A program made the translations under genes and the position numbers. A model generated the notes under the pieces. The model searched no databases. It worked only from the letters and a program-made list of their open reading frames with translations, and was not told the origin of the DNA. Positions 10,547 to 21,134 of a DNA stretch of 52,316 nucleotides are shown here, piece by piece. Source of the DNA: an uncultured Deinococcaceae bacterium (GTDB lineage Bacteria; Deinococcota; Deinococci; Deinococcales; Deinococcaceae); NCBI GenBank assembly GCA_964252075.1, contig CAXULY010000040.1, positions 1 to 52,316 of the forward strand. The letters are read 5' to 3'. Position 1 is the stretch's first letter, and every line of letters begins with the position of its first letter.

Positions 10547-11012
10547 CCATGGAGCCTGCGAAGGACCGCAGCGCTCATTTGTGGCCGCACAGTGTGCCCT
10601 GAGCAGTTCCCGACCGGTGTTCACCCGTCGCTCGTGGAGCAGGTCGCATGGGTGCGGAACCTGAACTTGAGAAAGCGCAGAGCAGTAAGCCCTGGATTCT
10701 GGTTCTGAATCAGCTGGCCTCGCTGGGGCTCCAGCGAGGCCAGCTGAGGATGCAACAGACCACGTCGCGGTGCAGTGGCTCTTGCGCATCACCGCGTGAC
10801 GCGCGGGCGTCCGGTCCATGGATGGCGCGACACCGCTCGGAGCGGGCATGAACGCGGAGCGCCCCTGAGGCCATTGACGCGAAGGCGGGATGCTCCGCGC
10901 CGACGTGACCTGAACCGCCTGGACGCGGGATCGTGGGCTTACAGCGGACGGTGTGGATGCAGCGGCGAAAGGGATCTGCCGTTGCCAACGCGCCCGCCCA
11001 GGGCCTCGGGCA

Positions 11013-11411
11013 TCAGCGCTGGAATTTCTGTCGGGCCTGGTCGGTGACGGGCGTGAAAAAGTTGATGAGGTTGCCGTCCGGGTCGCGAAAGAGCAGGGAG
11101 CGGTTGCCCCACGGTTGCGTGGTGGGCGCCTGCACGAGGTCGTTGATGTGCGCCTTGAGGCGCTCGTAAGTGGCGTCGACATCGTCCACCAGGTATTCGA
11201 TGATGACGGTGCGGTTGCTGGCGGGTTGTGCGGCGTCCGCGCCGAACAGCGAGATGGTGCGGGTGCTGGCGATGGCGAGGGTGCCGGAGGGGGTGGGGAG
11301 TTCCGCGAAGTCCGGGGTGCTCCAGGTGGCGGTCACGCCGGTGATGCGTTCGTAGAAGGCGACGAGGTGATCTGGACGGTCGGTGATGAGGCGCAGGGAG
11401 ATGAGGTTCAT
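11013..11411 (-). CDS. VOC/glyoxalase-bleomycin resistance family protein
   Basis: LVAFYERITG, VDDVDATY, PTTQPWGNRSLLFRDPDGNLIN; AAGGAGG RBS. Confidence 0.93.
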   Translation of the reverse strand: MNLISLRLITDRPDHLVAFYERITGVTATWSTPDFAELPTPSGTLAIASTRTISLFGADAAQPASNRTVIIEYLVDDVDATYERLKAHINDLVQAPTTQPWGNRSLLFRDPDGNLINFFTPVTDQARQKFQR

Positions 11412-11439
11412 GGGCCCTCCTTGGCGAAGCCAGTGAGTA

Positions 11440-11462
11440 TGCTACGCTACCGTAGCGTAGCA
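11440..11462. promoter_or_regulatory. perfect palindrome, likely TetR operator
   Basis: TGCTACGCTAC-C-GTAGCGTAGCA between the divergent VOC and TetR genes. Confidence 0.8.
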
Positions 11463-11485
11463 AATCAAGGAGGCACCACACCCCG

Positions 11486-12088
11486 ATGAGCCCATCCCCC
11501 ATCGACAGCCGCGTGCAGCGCTCGAAGGAACGCGTTCTGACCACTACTCTTGAACTCCTCACCGCCCACGGCCTCGGTGGCGTCAGCATCGACGACATCG
11601 CCCGTACGTCCGGCGTCGCGAAAACCACCATCTACCGTCACTGGCCCACCCGCCACGACCTCATCCTCGACGCCTGCACCCGCCTCACGGACCATCAAGA
11701 AGTCCCGCGCACCGGCAGCCTTGAAGGGGACCTCACGGCCCTCCTCACCACTATGGCGGCGCTCCTGCGCTCCGCCCGCTGGACCGCTGTGATGCCATCG
11801 ATCATCGACGCGGCCGAGCGTGATCCCGCCCTCGCCGCACTGCACAGCCGCATTCAGCAGGGGCACGCCGCGCCGTTTCACGCTGTTATCGCCCGAGCCG
11901 TCACCGCCGGCGACCTCCCCCCCACAACCGACGTTTCGGCACTCACCGCCGCGCTGCTGGGCCCCCTGTACTACCGCCGCTGGTTCTCGCGCGAGCCCCT
12001 CGATGAGGCTTTCGTCCAGACTGTCCTCTCCACCGCCCTCGGGCACCGTGATCGGAACGCGGGTGAAGCGACAGGACCGCTGGCGTGA
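11486..12088 (+). CDS. TetR/AcrR family regulator (TetR_C_11-like)
   Basis: SIDDIARTSGVAKTTIYRHWP HTH; C-terminal LLGPLYYR. Confidence 0.94.
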   Translation: MSPSPIDSRVQRSKERVLTTTLELLTAHGLGGVSIDDIARTSGVAKTTIYRHWPTRHDLILDACTRLTDHQEVPRTGSLEGDLTALLTTMAALLRSARWTAVMPSIIDAAERDPALAALHSRIQQGHAAPFHAVIARAVTAGDLPPTTDVSALTAALLGPLYYRRWFSREPLDEAFVQTVLSTALGHRDRNAGEATGPLA

Positions 12089-13327
12089 GGGCCCGGAGTT
12101 CAGCGAAGTCGGTGAAGGCGAATCCGTTGAAGGTCTTCCGGTAATAGACGCGGTTCTGGCGGTCATTGCCGCTTGGCCCTGCCCAATCAGGTCAACGTTT
12201 TCTCGGAAGGCAGCCGCAGAATTAGCGACCGGCAGACGTGCCGGTCGCTGGGCCGCCCGAGCCCGGCCGTGACCACCGCGGTGATGGCCGCTTCCAGGTG
12301 CTGCTCTTCGCCGCTCAGCGTGCGGGATGACGACGTAAACCACCGCCATCCCGACATTACCCGCCTTATCAGAACGGGTCACCTTTTCGCCAATTGTTAA
12401 AACGGCCGCGCCGTCAACGCCCAGTGCAACAGTGGCAACCTTCTTCCTAGACAGCGGCCAGCCACCTATGCCGCCCGGCCGTGCTGGCACAAAAAGATGC
12501 CGCAGCCCGCAGGGCGAACCCGGACGATGGCTTGAAGGCTGCTGGGCCCAATCCTGTGAAGCCGGGAGACGGCAGGTTCCCGTACCGCACGGCGGCCTTT
12601 GGCGAACGGCGCTCGGTTTGGCCCCACCAGCGCCGGTATTGAGACACGCTCACCGGATCCCACGTTCTGAGACGCCGGGTGGGCGCCTATGCACGACCGA
12701 CCGAATCGCGTTTGGCACCGTGCGGACGTCCGCGCGGTCTGCTTGAGGTCGCCCGCTTGGCGTCACCTGCAGGTCACCCGTCCCGCCGTACCGTGATCCC
12801 ATTCAGGCGATCCAGAGGGTCCTGGGGCCGCGAAACGCCCCCGCCCTGAACCCCGCCCCAGAGGCCCACTGCCCGCCCACACGCCGGAGACGGCAGATGG
12901 AACGCCCGAGCGCGTTCCCGAGGCCCGGTGCCTCCGAGAACTGGGAGGTCAACGCACGCACCCATAACACCCCTTGGCGTTCCTCACGCTCGCGGTGGCG
13001 CTCCGCTGCGACACGTGAGGACGTCCATCCACCTCAGCTGGAACGCGAGGGCGGATGCGGGAACCCGCACCTTGAAGTGCACGTCCATGGGCGGCAGAGA
13101 CACCTCGTCGCCGCGCCCTGATGAACGGCACGGCCACGCGGTCCAGCGCTGATCGGGCCACCGCTTCCGATCGAACGACTCCCACGTGCGACGCGACCTG
13201 TTGGCCAGTCAGAACGGCGAGCACGTTTCGCGTCCGACCAGATGAAGGGGCTGCGTCTCGCCCGCTTCCCTGCAACGGCACCAGATGGCGCCGCGAACCA
13301 CCCATCACCTTCCATAGGAGCTCCAGC

Positions 13328-14188
13328 ATGACGAACCCCACCCGCCTGTCCCTCGCCACGGCGATGCTCGGTTTGATCATGGGCGGCACGGCCGCCCGCG
13401 CCGACACGGCATGGCCCACCCTGATGGTCACGGCGCACGAGTACCGCTACGACGCGCCCAGCCACGTCCGCGCCGGGACCGTGCGCCTCGTGCTGCACAA
13501 CCGCGGTCAGCACGTCCACAACATCGAGGTGTACAAATTGCGCCCCGGCACGGACGCCCGGCAATTCAGTGCGGTCATCGAGCGTGCCGCGATGACCGAC
13601 GACACCGGTCCCCTGCTGAAGCTGTTCGAGGTGTACGGCGGGGCCTTCGCGGTGAACCCAGGAGGAACGAGCGAGGTCACGCTGCGCCTCACGCCGGGTA
13701 CCTACCTCCTAACCACCAGTGAGCTGGTCGGGCAGAAGAGCGCCGCGCGGTTGGGCATGCTGCGCTCCCTGCAGGTGACGCCGGAGGTCAGGCCCAGCCC
13801 GCCCCCCAGTGCGCAGTACAGCCTGAGGTTGACGGACTCCTCCATCGGCGGCCCCCACGGGGTGAAGGCGGGTCGCCACGTCTGGGAAGTGCGCAATGAC
13901 GGCGCCGAGCTGCATTCCGCCGTCTTCCTGCCGTTGCTGCCCGGCAAGACCGCGAAGGACGTGATGTGGTTCTTCCGCACGCATCAGGGAAACGCGCCCG
14001 TGACTTTCCCGCAGGACCTGACGGACGCTCGGGAAAGCGCGATGTTGTCCCATGGTCTCAGCAACTGGGTGTCGTTCAGCCTCAAGCCTGGTCGTTACGT
14101 CGTGGTCTGCCTCCTCACAGACCCCAAAACGCACCAGGAACATGTGGTGATGGGCATGGTCAGCGAATTGACCGTCACGCCAAAGTGA
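13328..14188 (+). CDS. secreted two-domain cupredoxin-fold protein
   Basis: Signal peptide ending ARA; two repeats of N.G..xH...L.PG.Y...GM; C-terminal domain has H...C-x10-H-x4-M; AGGAG RBS. Confidence 0.8.
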   Translation: MTNPTRLSLATAMLGLIMGGTAARADTAWPTLMVTAHEYRYDAPSHVRAGTVRLVLHNRGQHVHNIEVYKLRPGTDARQFSAVIERAAMTDDTGPLLKLFEVYGGAFAVNPGGTSEVTLRLTPGTYLLTTSELVGQKSAARLGMLRSLQVTPEVRPSPPPSAQYSLRLTDSSIGGPHGVKAGRHVWEVRNDGAELHSAVFLPLLPGKTAKDVMWFFRTHQGNAPVTFPQDLTDARESAMLSHGLSNWVSFSLKPGRYVVVCLLTDPKTHQEHVVMGMVSELTVTPK

Positions 14189-14447
14189 AGGCGAAGACGG
14201 CTTTCAGGCGCGGAGTGACATGAGAGCGTCCTCGATACGCGGATGGCGACAGTTGCCGTTTGCTGCTGAACATGGGTCCAGGTGCCTCGGGCCATGGGTG
14301 CACCATCGGGGGCGCGCCCCGGCGGCCCTGACCGTTCAGCAGGCTGAGCACCCACAATGGGTGCAGAGCTGACACGTTTTTCGCGGTACGGGACCAAGGG
14401 CACGACTCCTGGGGCGCTGATGGCGCTTCACGCCTCAAGAAAGGGTG

Positions 14448-14789
14448 ATGTGGATGCTCGCCTGGATCGCGCTGTTCTCCGCGATTGCCTTGGGAGTCAC
14501 CGGCACCCTCGCCCTCGGACTCATCGGACGGGCCACCCCTGGACTAACGGCGGCCTCCACGGGCAGTGCCCTGGTGCTCTCGTAGCTCCTGCTGTCCGTC
14601 GCCTTTCGCCGGATTCCCATCGCGGTGGCCTTCGAGATCTGGGAAGCGGTGGGCCTCGCAGCGGTCACCCTGCTGTGCGTGTCGTGGCTGGGCGACCGCC
14701 TCACGCCCGTGCACCTGCTGGCGCTCGTTGGCCTCCTGGGTGGTGCTTGGCTGCTGCATTGCGGGACATGCGTTGAAGGTGACGTGTGA
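14448..14789 (+). pseudogene. SMR (MdtJ/EbrB-like) transporter subunit with an in-frame stop
   Basis: MWMLAWIALFSAIALGVTGTLAL...VLS*LLLSVAFRRIPIAVAFEIWEAVGL; TAG at 14583 where SY is expected; conserved TM1 Glu reads Gly. Confidence 0.8.
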
Positions 14790-14892
14790 GCACCGGCCTC
14801 GCCCTCCTGTACCTGACCAGCGCGTCCCCGCTTGACGTCGTGGCCGACCTGCTGCTGAAGGCGTCCCGGTGCTTCACCCACCCACTGCTGGA
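14786..14892 (+). pseudogene. truncated second SMR subunit (MdtI-like)
   Basis: GTGA overlap with the upstream stop; MSTGLALLYLTSASPLDVVADLLLKASRCFTHPLL resembles MdtI TM1, then the similarity ends. Confidence 0.6.
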
Positions 14893-15175
14893 GTGTCACT
14901 TTACGCCTTCACGGACCCGGATTTTTGTCGCTCCTGGAGCGCCCTAGTTCTTCTGGTGCTCACTCTAGGGAGATGTCGGGCATGCAGTACGTTCACCGAC
15001 GCGCCTCGATGTTCGAGCGCCACCCGGAGGCAGGGCGCCAAGGGACCATTGGGTGTCCGATGAGTCGGTTTTGACAGCCGAAGGGAGGTGCCGAATTCGG
15101 GACGCCTCATCCATGCCCTGAGGATTTCGGTCACCGACGGGTGGATGGGAGACGCAGCATGGCGCGGTTTTCGTG

Positions 15176-15871
15176 TCACCCTGAAGACCCGTCGACGCGC
15201 ACCACTGCGAGGTGAATGCCGGCGCGCTCCACGAAACCCAGCCTTCGGTACGCGCGCACCGCGAACTCGTTGTCCGTCTTGACGTGCAGAAATGGCACCT
15301 CGCCCCGCTCCAGCACGTCCCGGCTCACCTGCTGCACCAGCGCCTTCGCCAGGCCCCGCCCCGCGTGCGCGGGGTGCGTGCACACCGCACTCAGCTCCGT
15401 GAAGCCCGCGAGGTGCAGCCGCTCGCCGGCCATCGCGATCAGTTCGCCCGCCTCGCGCACACCAACGTAACGCCCCAGCCGCACGGTCTGCTCCCCGAAC
15501 GGGCCGGGCCGGGTGAGCGCGACGAGTCCCAGCATGTCCGGCACGTCCGCCTCGCCCAGCGTCACGGCCTCCACGTCCTCGACGCCCTGCAGCTGCGCGC
15601 ACACCATCTGTGAGATCACCCCGCGGCGCAGCACCGTCCAGCCGGGCGGGAACGCAAGCGGCGCCCCTGTGAGGGTCGCGGTGACGCCGCCGGGCCCCAC
15701 GAGGTCCGCGAGCGCCCCAAACGCTTCGGGTGTGGGGGAACCGACCGCGCTGAAGGGCGCCATGTCAGGAGGGTAACGGCGGGCGAGCGCACCGCCCTGC
15801 GCGAGAGTCGCGTGGCTGGTCGTGAGGGCGTGCCACACGGGCGTGTCCAGCGGGTGGTCTAGGGACGTCAC
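15176..15871 (-). CDS. GNAT family N-acetyltransferase (FR47-like)
   Basis: HPLDxPVWHAL, TRPGPF, AMAGER, ELSAVCTHPxHxGRGLA, PFLHV..N..A...Y..LGF. Confidence 0.93.
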   Translation of the reverse strand: MTSLDHPLDTPVWHALTTSHATLAQGGALARRYPPDMAPFSAVGSPTPEAFGALADLVGPGGVTATLTGAPLAFPPGWTVLRRGVISQMVCAQLQGVEDVEAVTLGEADVPDMLGLVALTRPGPFGEQTVRLGRYVGVREAGELIAMAGERLHLAGFTELSAVCTHPAHAGRGLAKALVQQVSRDVLERGEVPFLHVKTDNEFAVRAYRRLGFVERAGIHLAVVRVDGSSG

Positions 15872-16456
15872 GCGGGTTCCTCAACACCCCAAGCACAGCC
15901 AGGAGGGGTAAAGCGCGGCTCGGTCATGCCCCACTTTGACATGCGCCGGTGGGCTCCACGGCTCCCTCTGACGGGCTCCCGCAAGGCCCGCGACGCCTGG
16001 CGCCAGATCGCGTCAACCGCGTCCCGACAACAAGAAAAGTCGGTTGGAGTGCGACAGCTGCCATTCCCGGTCTCGGCCGTACGTTGCTGAAGTGAGGCGG
16101 CTGATGAATTGGTCTGCCGCACCAGCGACGCCCCATCGTCCTGCCTAGCGGTCGGGACGCGAACTGGGCCTTCGGGAGCAATGGGTTCGGGCAGCACCAT
16201 GCCCGTGATGCGGGCGTACGACTCGGCTGCCCCCTGAGAACAGCGGTGTGGCCTGAACATCTCTGCCCACGTCTATGGGGCGCCTTCACTCCGTTCAGGA
16301 ACTCGCCCCAGACATCCAATGTCATGGGGGGAAGGTGCGGTTCGTGTTCACGCGCGCCCCCACACGCGCTCGCCACGCCGCCACCTTGACCGACCCGGCC
16401 ACAGGTCGAGGGGTATGTTGGCGAGCTCGACCACCCCAAACGCATCACGGTCGGGC

Positions 16457-17065
16457 TCAGCTCCCCGGATCTGAACCAGGGTCCTGCCGTCGTGAGGCGG
16501 GCGCTGCCGCCTGCAGGCCAGTGTCGAGGGTCGTCAACATCCACTCGAAGCTGGCGTCTACGTCTTCCGGCAGGCCGAATCCACCCTGGACTTCCAGGGT
16601 CACGAAGCCGGTGATGGCGGCGCGCACCATCCGGGCCGCATGAATGGCGGCCGTGCCGGCGAGTCCATACCCCGAAAGGGCGGTCAGCAGCACCTCCAGC
16701 GCTTCATGCGCAGCCTGCTGGATGTCCACGGTCTGCCGTTCGGCGCTGCGGTTGAGGGCCGCGAACAGCCCGGGGTGTTCCCTCGCGTAGCGCCGCTCGG
16801 CGTGCGCGAGGGCGCGCAGGGCGGCCGGGCCGCTGCGGCCCATCGCTGCGTGGCGGAACAGGTCGGTGAGGTGCTGCAGGGCGCGCAGCGTGAGGCCCTG
16901 GTGGATGGCGTCCAGGCTCGCGACGTGGTTGTAGAGCGAGGGGGGGCGCACGCCGAGCGCGTCGGCGAGGTCCTTGAGGGTGAAGCTGAACGGACCGACC
17001 GTGTCGGCCAGGCGCGCGGCCGCGTCGATGATAGCCGCCGCGTTCAGGCCGGGCCTAGAGGGCAT
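16457..17065 (-). CDS. TetR family regulator with WHG-type C-terminal domain
   Basis: LKDLADALGVRPPSLYNHV HTH; GFVTLEVQGGFGLPEDVDASF. Confidence 0.92.
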   Translation of the reverse strand: MPSRPGLNAAAIIDAAARLADTVGPFSFTLKDLADALGVRPPSLYNHVASLDAIHQGLTLRALQHLTDLFRHAAMGRSGPAALRALAHAERRYAREHPGLFAALNRSAERQTVDIQQAAHEALEVLLTALSGYGLAGTAAIHAARMVRAAITGFVTLEVQGGFGLPEDVDASFEWMLTTLDTGLQAAAPASRRQDPGSDPGS

Positions 17066-17278
17066 GAGGGCGCTCCAGGCGGTTCGCGAGGGCTCCTGCA
17101 TGTCCCGAGGGCACGTTTGCCTGCGGAGCAAGGCAGGCGCCCGCTGGGTGAGCGCCGCCAGATGGCGTGCCCGTCCACCACACCACTTTGGACTTTGGGT
17201 CGTGAACGTCCGGCTCGGTCACGCGGAGCAGCCGTGCAGGAGCAGTGACCACGGGGAGGTGATGTGACGGTGCAAGGG

Positions 17279-17635
17279 TCATGCCGCGGCGGGGAGGCTC
17301 AGGTGGGTGTGGTTGAAGGCGCTGGGGTATTTGAGGCCGAAGCCCAACAGGCGGTCCATGCCAATGTGCGCCATCCAGATCATGGCGGCCAGTTCGAGGG
17401 CCTCGGAGTGGAGGAAGAGGCCGAGGGCGCCCAGGAGGACGGGCACGAAGGTGGTGTGGGCCAGGTTGTAAAAGACGGCGCCGGTGCGGGGCCCGAAGCG
17501 GTAGGTGAGGATGGAGAGGTCGGGGGCGAGGAACAGCAGCCAGGGCCAGGCGGGGCCACCGAGGTGGATGTACGTGGCGAGGCTGAGGGCGAGGACGGCG
17601 CCGCTCTCGAAGCGCAGGGTGGTGATGGGGTTCAT
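17279..17635 (-). CDS. DUF4260 family membrane protein
   Basis: LRFESG, FLAPDLS, GAVFYNLAH, AHIGMDRLLGFGLKY..F.HTHL; AGGAGG RBS. Confidence 0.9.
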   Translation of the reverse strand: MNPITTLRFESGAVLALSLATYIHLGGPAWPWLLFLAPDLSILTYRFGPRTGAVFYNLAHTTFVPVLLGALGLFLHSEALELAAMIWMAHIGMDRLLGFGLKYPSAFNHTHLSLPAAA

Positions 17636-17646
17636 AGATGACCTCC

Positions 17647-17689
17647 TACTAACGACAGTAGTTTTATACTAATTCCGTTAGTAAGTCAA
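17647..17689 (-). promoter_or_regulatory. promoter with tandem TACTAA-N5-TTAGTA-type operator boxes
   Basis: TACTAATTCCGTTAGTA at 17667-17683 and an imperfect copy at 17647-17663; TTGACT -35 on the minus strand. Confidence 0.65.
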
Positions 17690-18429
17690 CAGGCGGACGA
17701 GGCAGGCGGAGCGATCAGGAGTCAAATCATGGCCGACAGCTCAAGACGCTGCCCAAAGAACCGTTACGAAGATCCGCTGGAGCTGCGGCAATGACCGCAA
17801 AGCCCTCGCAAGCAGGAAGGACCTGAAGGTCCCGGTGAGCGCGCGGAGGTAACAGCACCCGCCGACGAGCGGTACAGCGCACCCGGAGGCGATACCGCGA
17901 GGACCATGCTGGAAAACTCAACCAATAAGAGTGATGCGCGGCCCTCGCGAGTGTTTGATTCAAGTCCCGCGAAGATGGAGTTGAAGCCAACAGCCAGAGC
18001 GAGCTGATCGCCACACCGTGCGGCGTGGCCTACGAGCAAAACGTCACGGTGAAGGCGGACCCACAGCGCGCGGAGAGCCAGCGCACAAACACCAAAGCGC
18101 CGCTCGAAAGCATCTATTCAAACATCCGCGCGTCCCCACCAGCCGCCCTGCTGACCTCAACGACGAACTCGCATAAAGCGCTCCGGGGCGACGTTGGCGG
18201 AAACATAACCAGTGAGCAGTGCTGCGCGGTTACGCACTCCTCGCGGGCGGGTCTGATGCAGACACCAGGGCGAAGGCAACGGCATTCAGGTGTGACTTCC
18301 AGGCCATCCAATCGGCCGGAGTGGACGGTGGTCTGGCGCACGCGAGCGGTCACACGTCGCCAGGCCGAAGCGACACGCCTCATGGTGCCGCGAAGGTTCA
18401 GTCCGGCGATGTTTCGAGGACCTCGCTGG

Positions 18430-19041
18430 TCACTGGACGGCGGGCTCGTCCTTCTGGGAGGTGCGGGGCTGCAACGCGGCGGCCTGGGTGGGCCGCAGGA
18501 TCAGTTCGCGGTAGATCTCGCCCATCCGCTCCGGGCTGTGGGGCAGATCATGCCGCAGCCACCAGTCGATCAGGTTCAGGAACGAGCGGATGAAGTGGTG
18601 CGCAGCGACCTCCACTGGTACCTGGGCGTCCGGGCGGGCCTCAAAGGTGTTCATCAGGCCATCCACACCAATGGCAACGATCTGATCCAGCAGCCCAAGC
18701 GAGGGGTCGGTGGCGAGCAGCAGGCGGTAGAGGTCCGGATGGGCCTGCACGTGTCGGAACACCACCGCGCCCGCCTGCTCGGGCGCGTCGCCGGCCAGTG
18801 GAGGCAGCAGGTCGTTCAGCTCGGCGCGCAGGTCGTGCACCGCGCCGCGCAGCAGTTCCTCAATGCTGGCGTAGTGCCGGAAGAAGGTGGCGTACCCGAC
18901 CTCGGCCCGTTCAGTGAGGTCGCGGACGGTGATGGCTTCGAGGGGCCGCGTGGCACTCAGATCGATGAGGGCCTGGGTGAGCAGACGGCGGGTCCGCCGC
19001 ACGCGCAGGTCCGCCTGGAGAACAGGTGAGGCCTCAGCCAT
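18430..19041 (-). CDS. TetR/AcrR family regulator
   Basis: DLRVRRTRRLL, ITVRDLTERAEVGYATFFRHY; start 19041 (AAGGA RBS) or 19065. Confidence 0.92.
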   Translation of the reverse strand: MAEASPVLQADLRVRRTRRLLTQALIDLSATRPLEAITVRDLTERAEVGYATFFRHYASIEELLRGAVHDLRAELNDLLPPLAGDAPEQAGAVVFRHVQAHPDLYRLLLATDPSLGLLDQIVAIGVDGLMNTFEARPDAQVPVEVAAHHFIRSFLNLIDWWLRHDLPHSPERMGEIYRELILRPTQAAALQPRTSQKDEPAVQ

Positions 19042-19082
19042 CTGCCCATTCCTTGCGTAACTCATGCGACTTCATGGCTCAT

Positions 19083-19101
19083 ATGATACATCATGAATCA
19101 T
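19083..19101. promoter_or_regulatory. imperfect palindrome, candidate TetR operator
   Basis: ATGATACAT-C-ATGAATCAT (8/9 dyad) in the AT-rich TetR/P450 intergenic region. Confidence 0.6.
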
Positions 19102-19125
19102 TATGTGCGTTGAAGAGGCCCGACC

Positions 19126-20352
19126 ATGACCACCGAACCGACCCCCCGCTGCCCCTACCATGAACCCGAGCGGAAGACGGGGTTCGGCTCCGACCACCAG
19201 CCTGGCGTCGAACTTCAAGGCGACGTGTGGCACCTGCGCACCTACGCCGCGGTGAAACAGGTGCTGCGCGACAGCGAGCGTGTGCGGCAGGGCGCCACCA
19301 CCGACAACGTGCTCGTCACGCGCCTGCGCCCGGCCGTGATCTTCCAGGACGGTGAGGAGCACCGTGAGCAGCGCACCGCCATCGCCCGCTTCTTCACCCC
19401 CAAGACGGTGCAGGACAAACACCACGCCTTCATCGACCTCCTGACGGAGCGCCTGATCGTGCGGCTCCAGCGGGCCGGGCGGGCCGACCTCAGCGACCTC
19501 AGCATGGAACTCTCGGTTGAGGTCGCCGCGCGCGTGGTGGGCCTGACCGATTCCCTTCAACCCGGCATGGACCGCCGCATCGACGCGCTGCTCTCCGGCG
19601 GTGACCTCAACGGTGGTGCGGACGTGGGCTTCCTGGCCCGCCTGCACAGCGCCATCACGCAATCCAGGGGCCTGCTCAAGATGTCGAACTTCTACCGCAT
19701 CGACGTGCGGCCCGCCATTCAGGCCCGGCGCAAGAAGCCCCAGGAAGATGTGATCAGCCACCTGCTCAGCAAGGGGTACAACGACCTCGAAATTCTCGTG
19801 GAGTGCCTGACCTACGCGACCGCCGGGATGGTCACCACCCGCGAGTTCATCGGCGTGGCGGCGTGGCACCTGCTGGAGCAGGACGAACTGCGCCGCCAGT
19901 ACCTTGCGGGCGACCGCGCCGAACGGCACCGCATCCTGCACGAGATCCTGCGCCTGGAGCCGGTGGCCTCGACCCTCTGGCGCAAGGCGGCACAGGACGT
20001 GACCATCGAGGATGCGGGCGCGGCGCACCACATCCCGGCGGGGGCACGCATGATTCTGGACCTTCGCACCGCCAACGCGGACGCCTCGGCGGTCGGTGCC
20101 GAGCCGCTCACGCTCTGCCCCCACCGGGCCCTGCCGAGCGGCGTGCAGGCACAGGCCCTGAGCTTCGGGGATGGCGCGCACCGCTGCCCCGGCGCGTTCC
20201 TCGCCATTCACGAGAGCGACGTGTTCCTGCACCGGCTGCTGAGCCTGCCCCTGCAAATGGTGGGCACCCCGGAACTGACCTTCAACGAGATGCTGATGAG
20301 CTACGAGATCCGCAACTTCATCATCGAACTTGAGGAGGGGAAAGGCGCATGA
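19126..20352 (+). CDS. cytochrome P450
   Basis: DGEEHREQR, I-helix AGMVTT, K-helix EILR, heme motif FGDGAHRCPG. Confidence 0.96.
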   Translation: MTTEPTPRCPYHEPERKTGFGSDHQPGVELQGDVWHLRTYAAVKQVLRDSERVRQGATTDNVLVTRLRPAVIFQDGEEHREQRTAIARFFTPKTVQDKHHAFIDLLTERLIVRLQRAGRADLSDLSMELSVEVAARVVGLTDSLQPGMDRRIDALLSGGDLNGGADVGFLARLHSAITQSRGLLKMSNFYRIDVRPAIQARRKKPQEDVISHLLSKGYNDLEILVECLTYATAGMVTTREFIGVAAWHLLEQDELRRQYLAGDRAERHRILHEILRLEPVASTLWRKAAQDVTIEDAGAAHHIPAGARMILDLRTANADASAVGAEPLTLCPHRALPSGVQAQALSFGDGAHRCPGAFLAIHESDVFLHRLLSLPLQMVGTPELTFNEMLMSYEIRNFIIELEEGKGA

Positions 20353-21134
20353 ATCAGGGTGCGCGTTGAGCAAACGCGGACCCAGAACGGTCCTTAAGGG
20401 CGTCTTTTCATCGCAGTCGTGCTCAAGAGCAGGACTGCGACTTGTCCTGAGGCCCAGGTGCCCTTCAGCAACGCGAACGCCGTGCTGTTGCAACCCATGG
20501 CAGTGGTGCTCAACCTAGGCCTCAACAGCGGTGAGGTTGATCTACAGCCCTAGTGCCGCGCTGCTGCGCCGCATTAGCAACAAGCCTCATGCCACGCTTT
20601 CACCTACTTGAATGCGTTTTCGACTGATGGCCACGTGGGTGTTTCCGGTACCAGCTCCAATGGACAACAGGCCGCGCGGCGCACATTCGGCCCTATCCCG
20701 CCTCCCCATTGCCGTTCAGGACAAAGCTCTGTCGGGTCCGGCTCGCATTACAACTCGCTCAAAACCTTTACCTGCAAGGCAGCGGACTCCTCAAGTCTGC
20801 CCGGGAGGCGCCCGGGCCTCACAGCGGGGCGCGGAACGTTACGCAGGAGGGTGCCGCACCTCGTACGGACGCACCCCGAAGCGCAGGTGGGCCACCCCAC
20901 CCACCTCGGTGTTTGGGCGCGACACGATGAGGTGTTCGCCCGGTTGACCAGCGCAGCGCCCGAAACCATCCGCGATACCTGCCGGAGAGGAGCGCAGGTC
21001 ACTCGTCAAGCAGCAAGCACCGCACGTCATGCATGCCGCTCGATTTCCCTGTGGCCAAGCGACGCGCTGCCGGGCAAAGGCGCACCAATGCGTCACAATA
21101 GGGAGCGGTTACTTTCTGTGGACTGCTGGCGTGG

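Noticed and set aside
14190..14447. Possible guanidine riboswitch upstream of the SMR genes
   Set aside because: No ykkC, paired ACGR-loop hairpin or guanidine-III consensus recognised; the SMRs look MdtJI-like rather than Gdx-like
14583..14585. In-frame TAG as pyrrolysine or read-through codon
   Set aside because: Other inactivating changes and the truncated partner gene indicate decay
17700..18400. Short ORFs in spacer regions (also 8200-8700, 12100-13300, 20400-21100, 45110-46050, 51230-51960)
   Set aside because: No recognisable motif, RBS or consistent codon bias; probably decayed DNA, and blastx would be needed to say more
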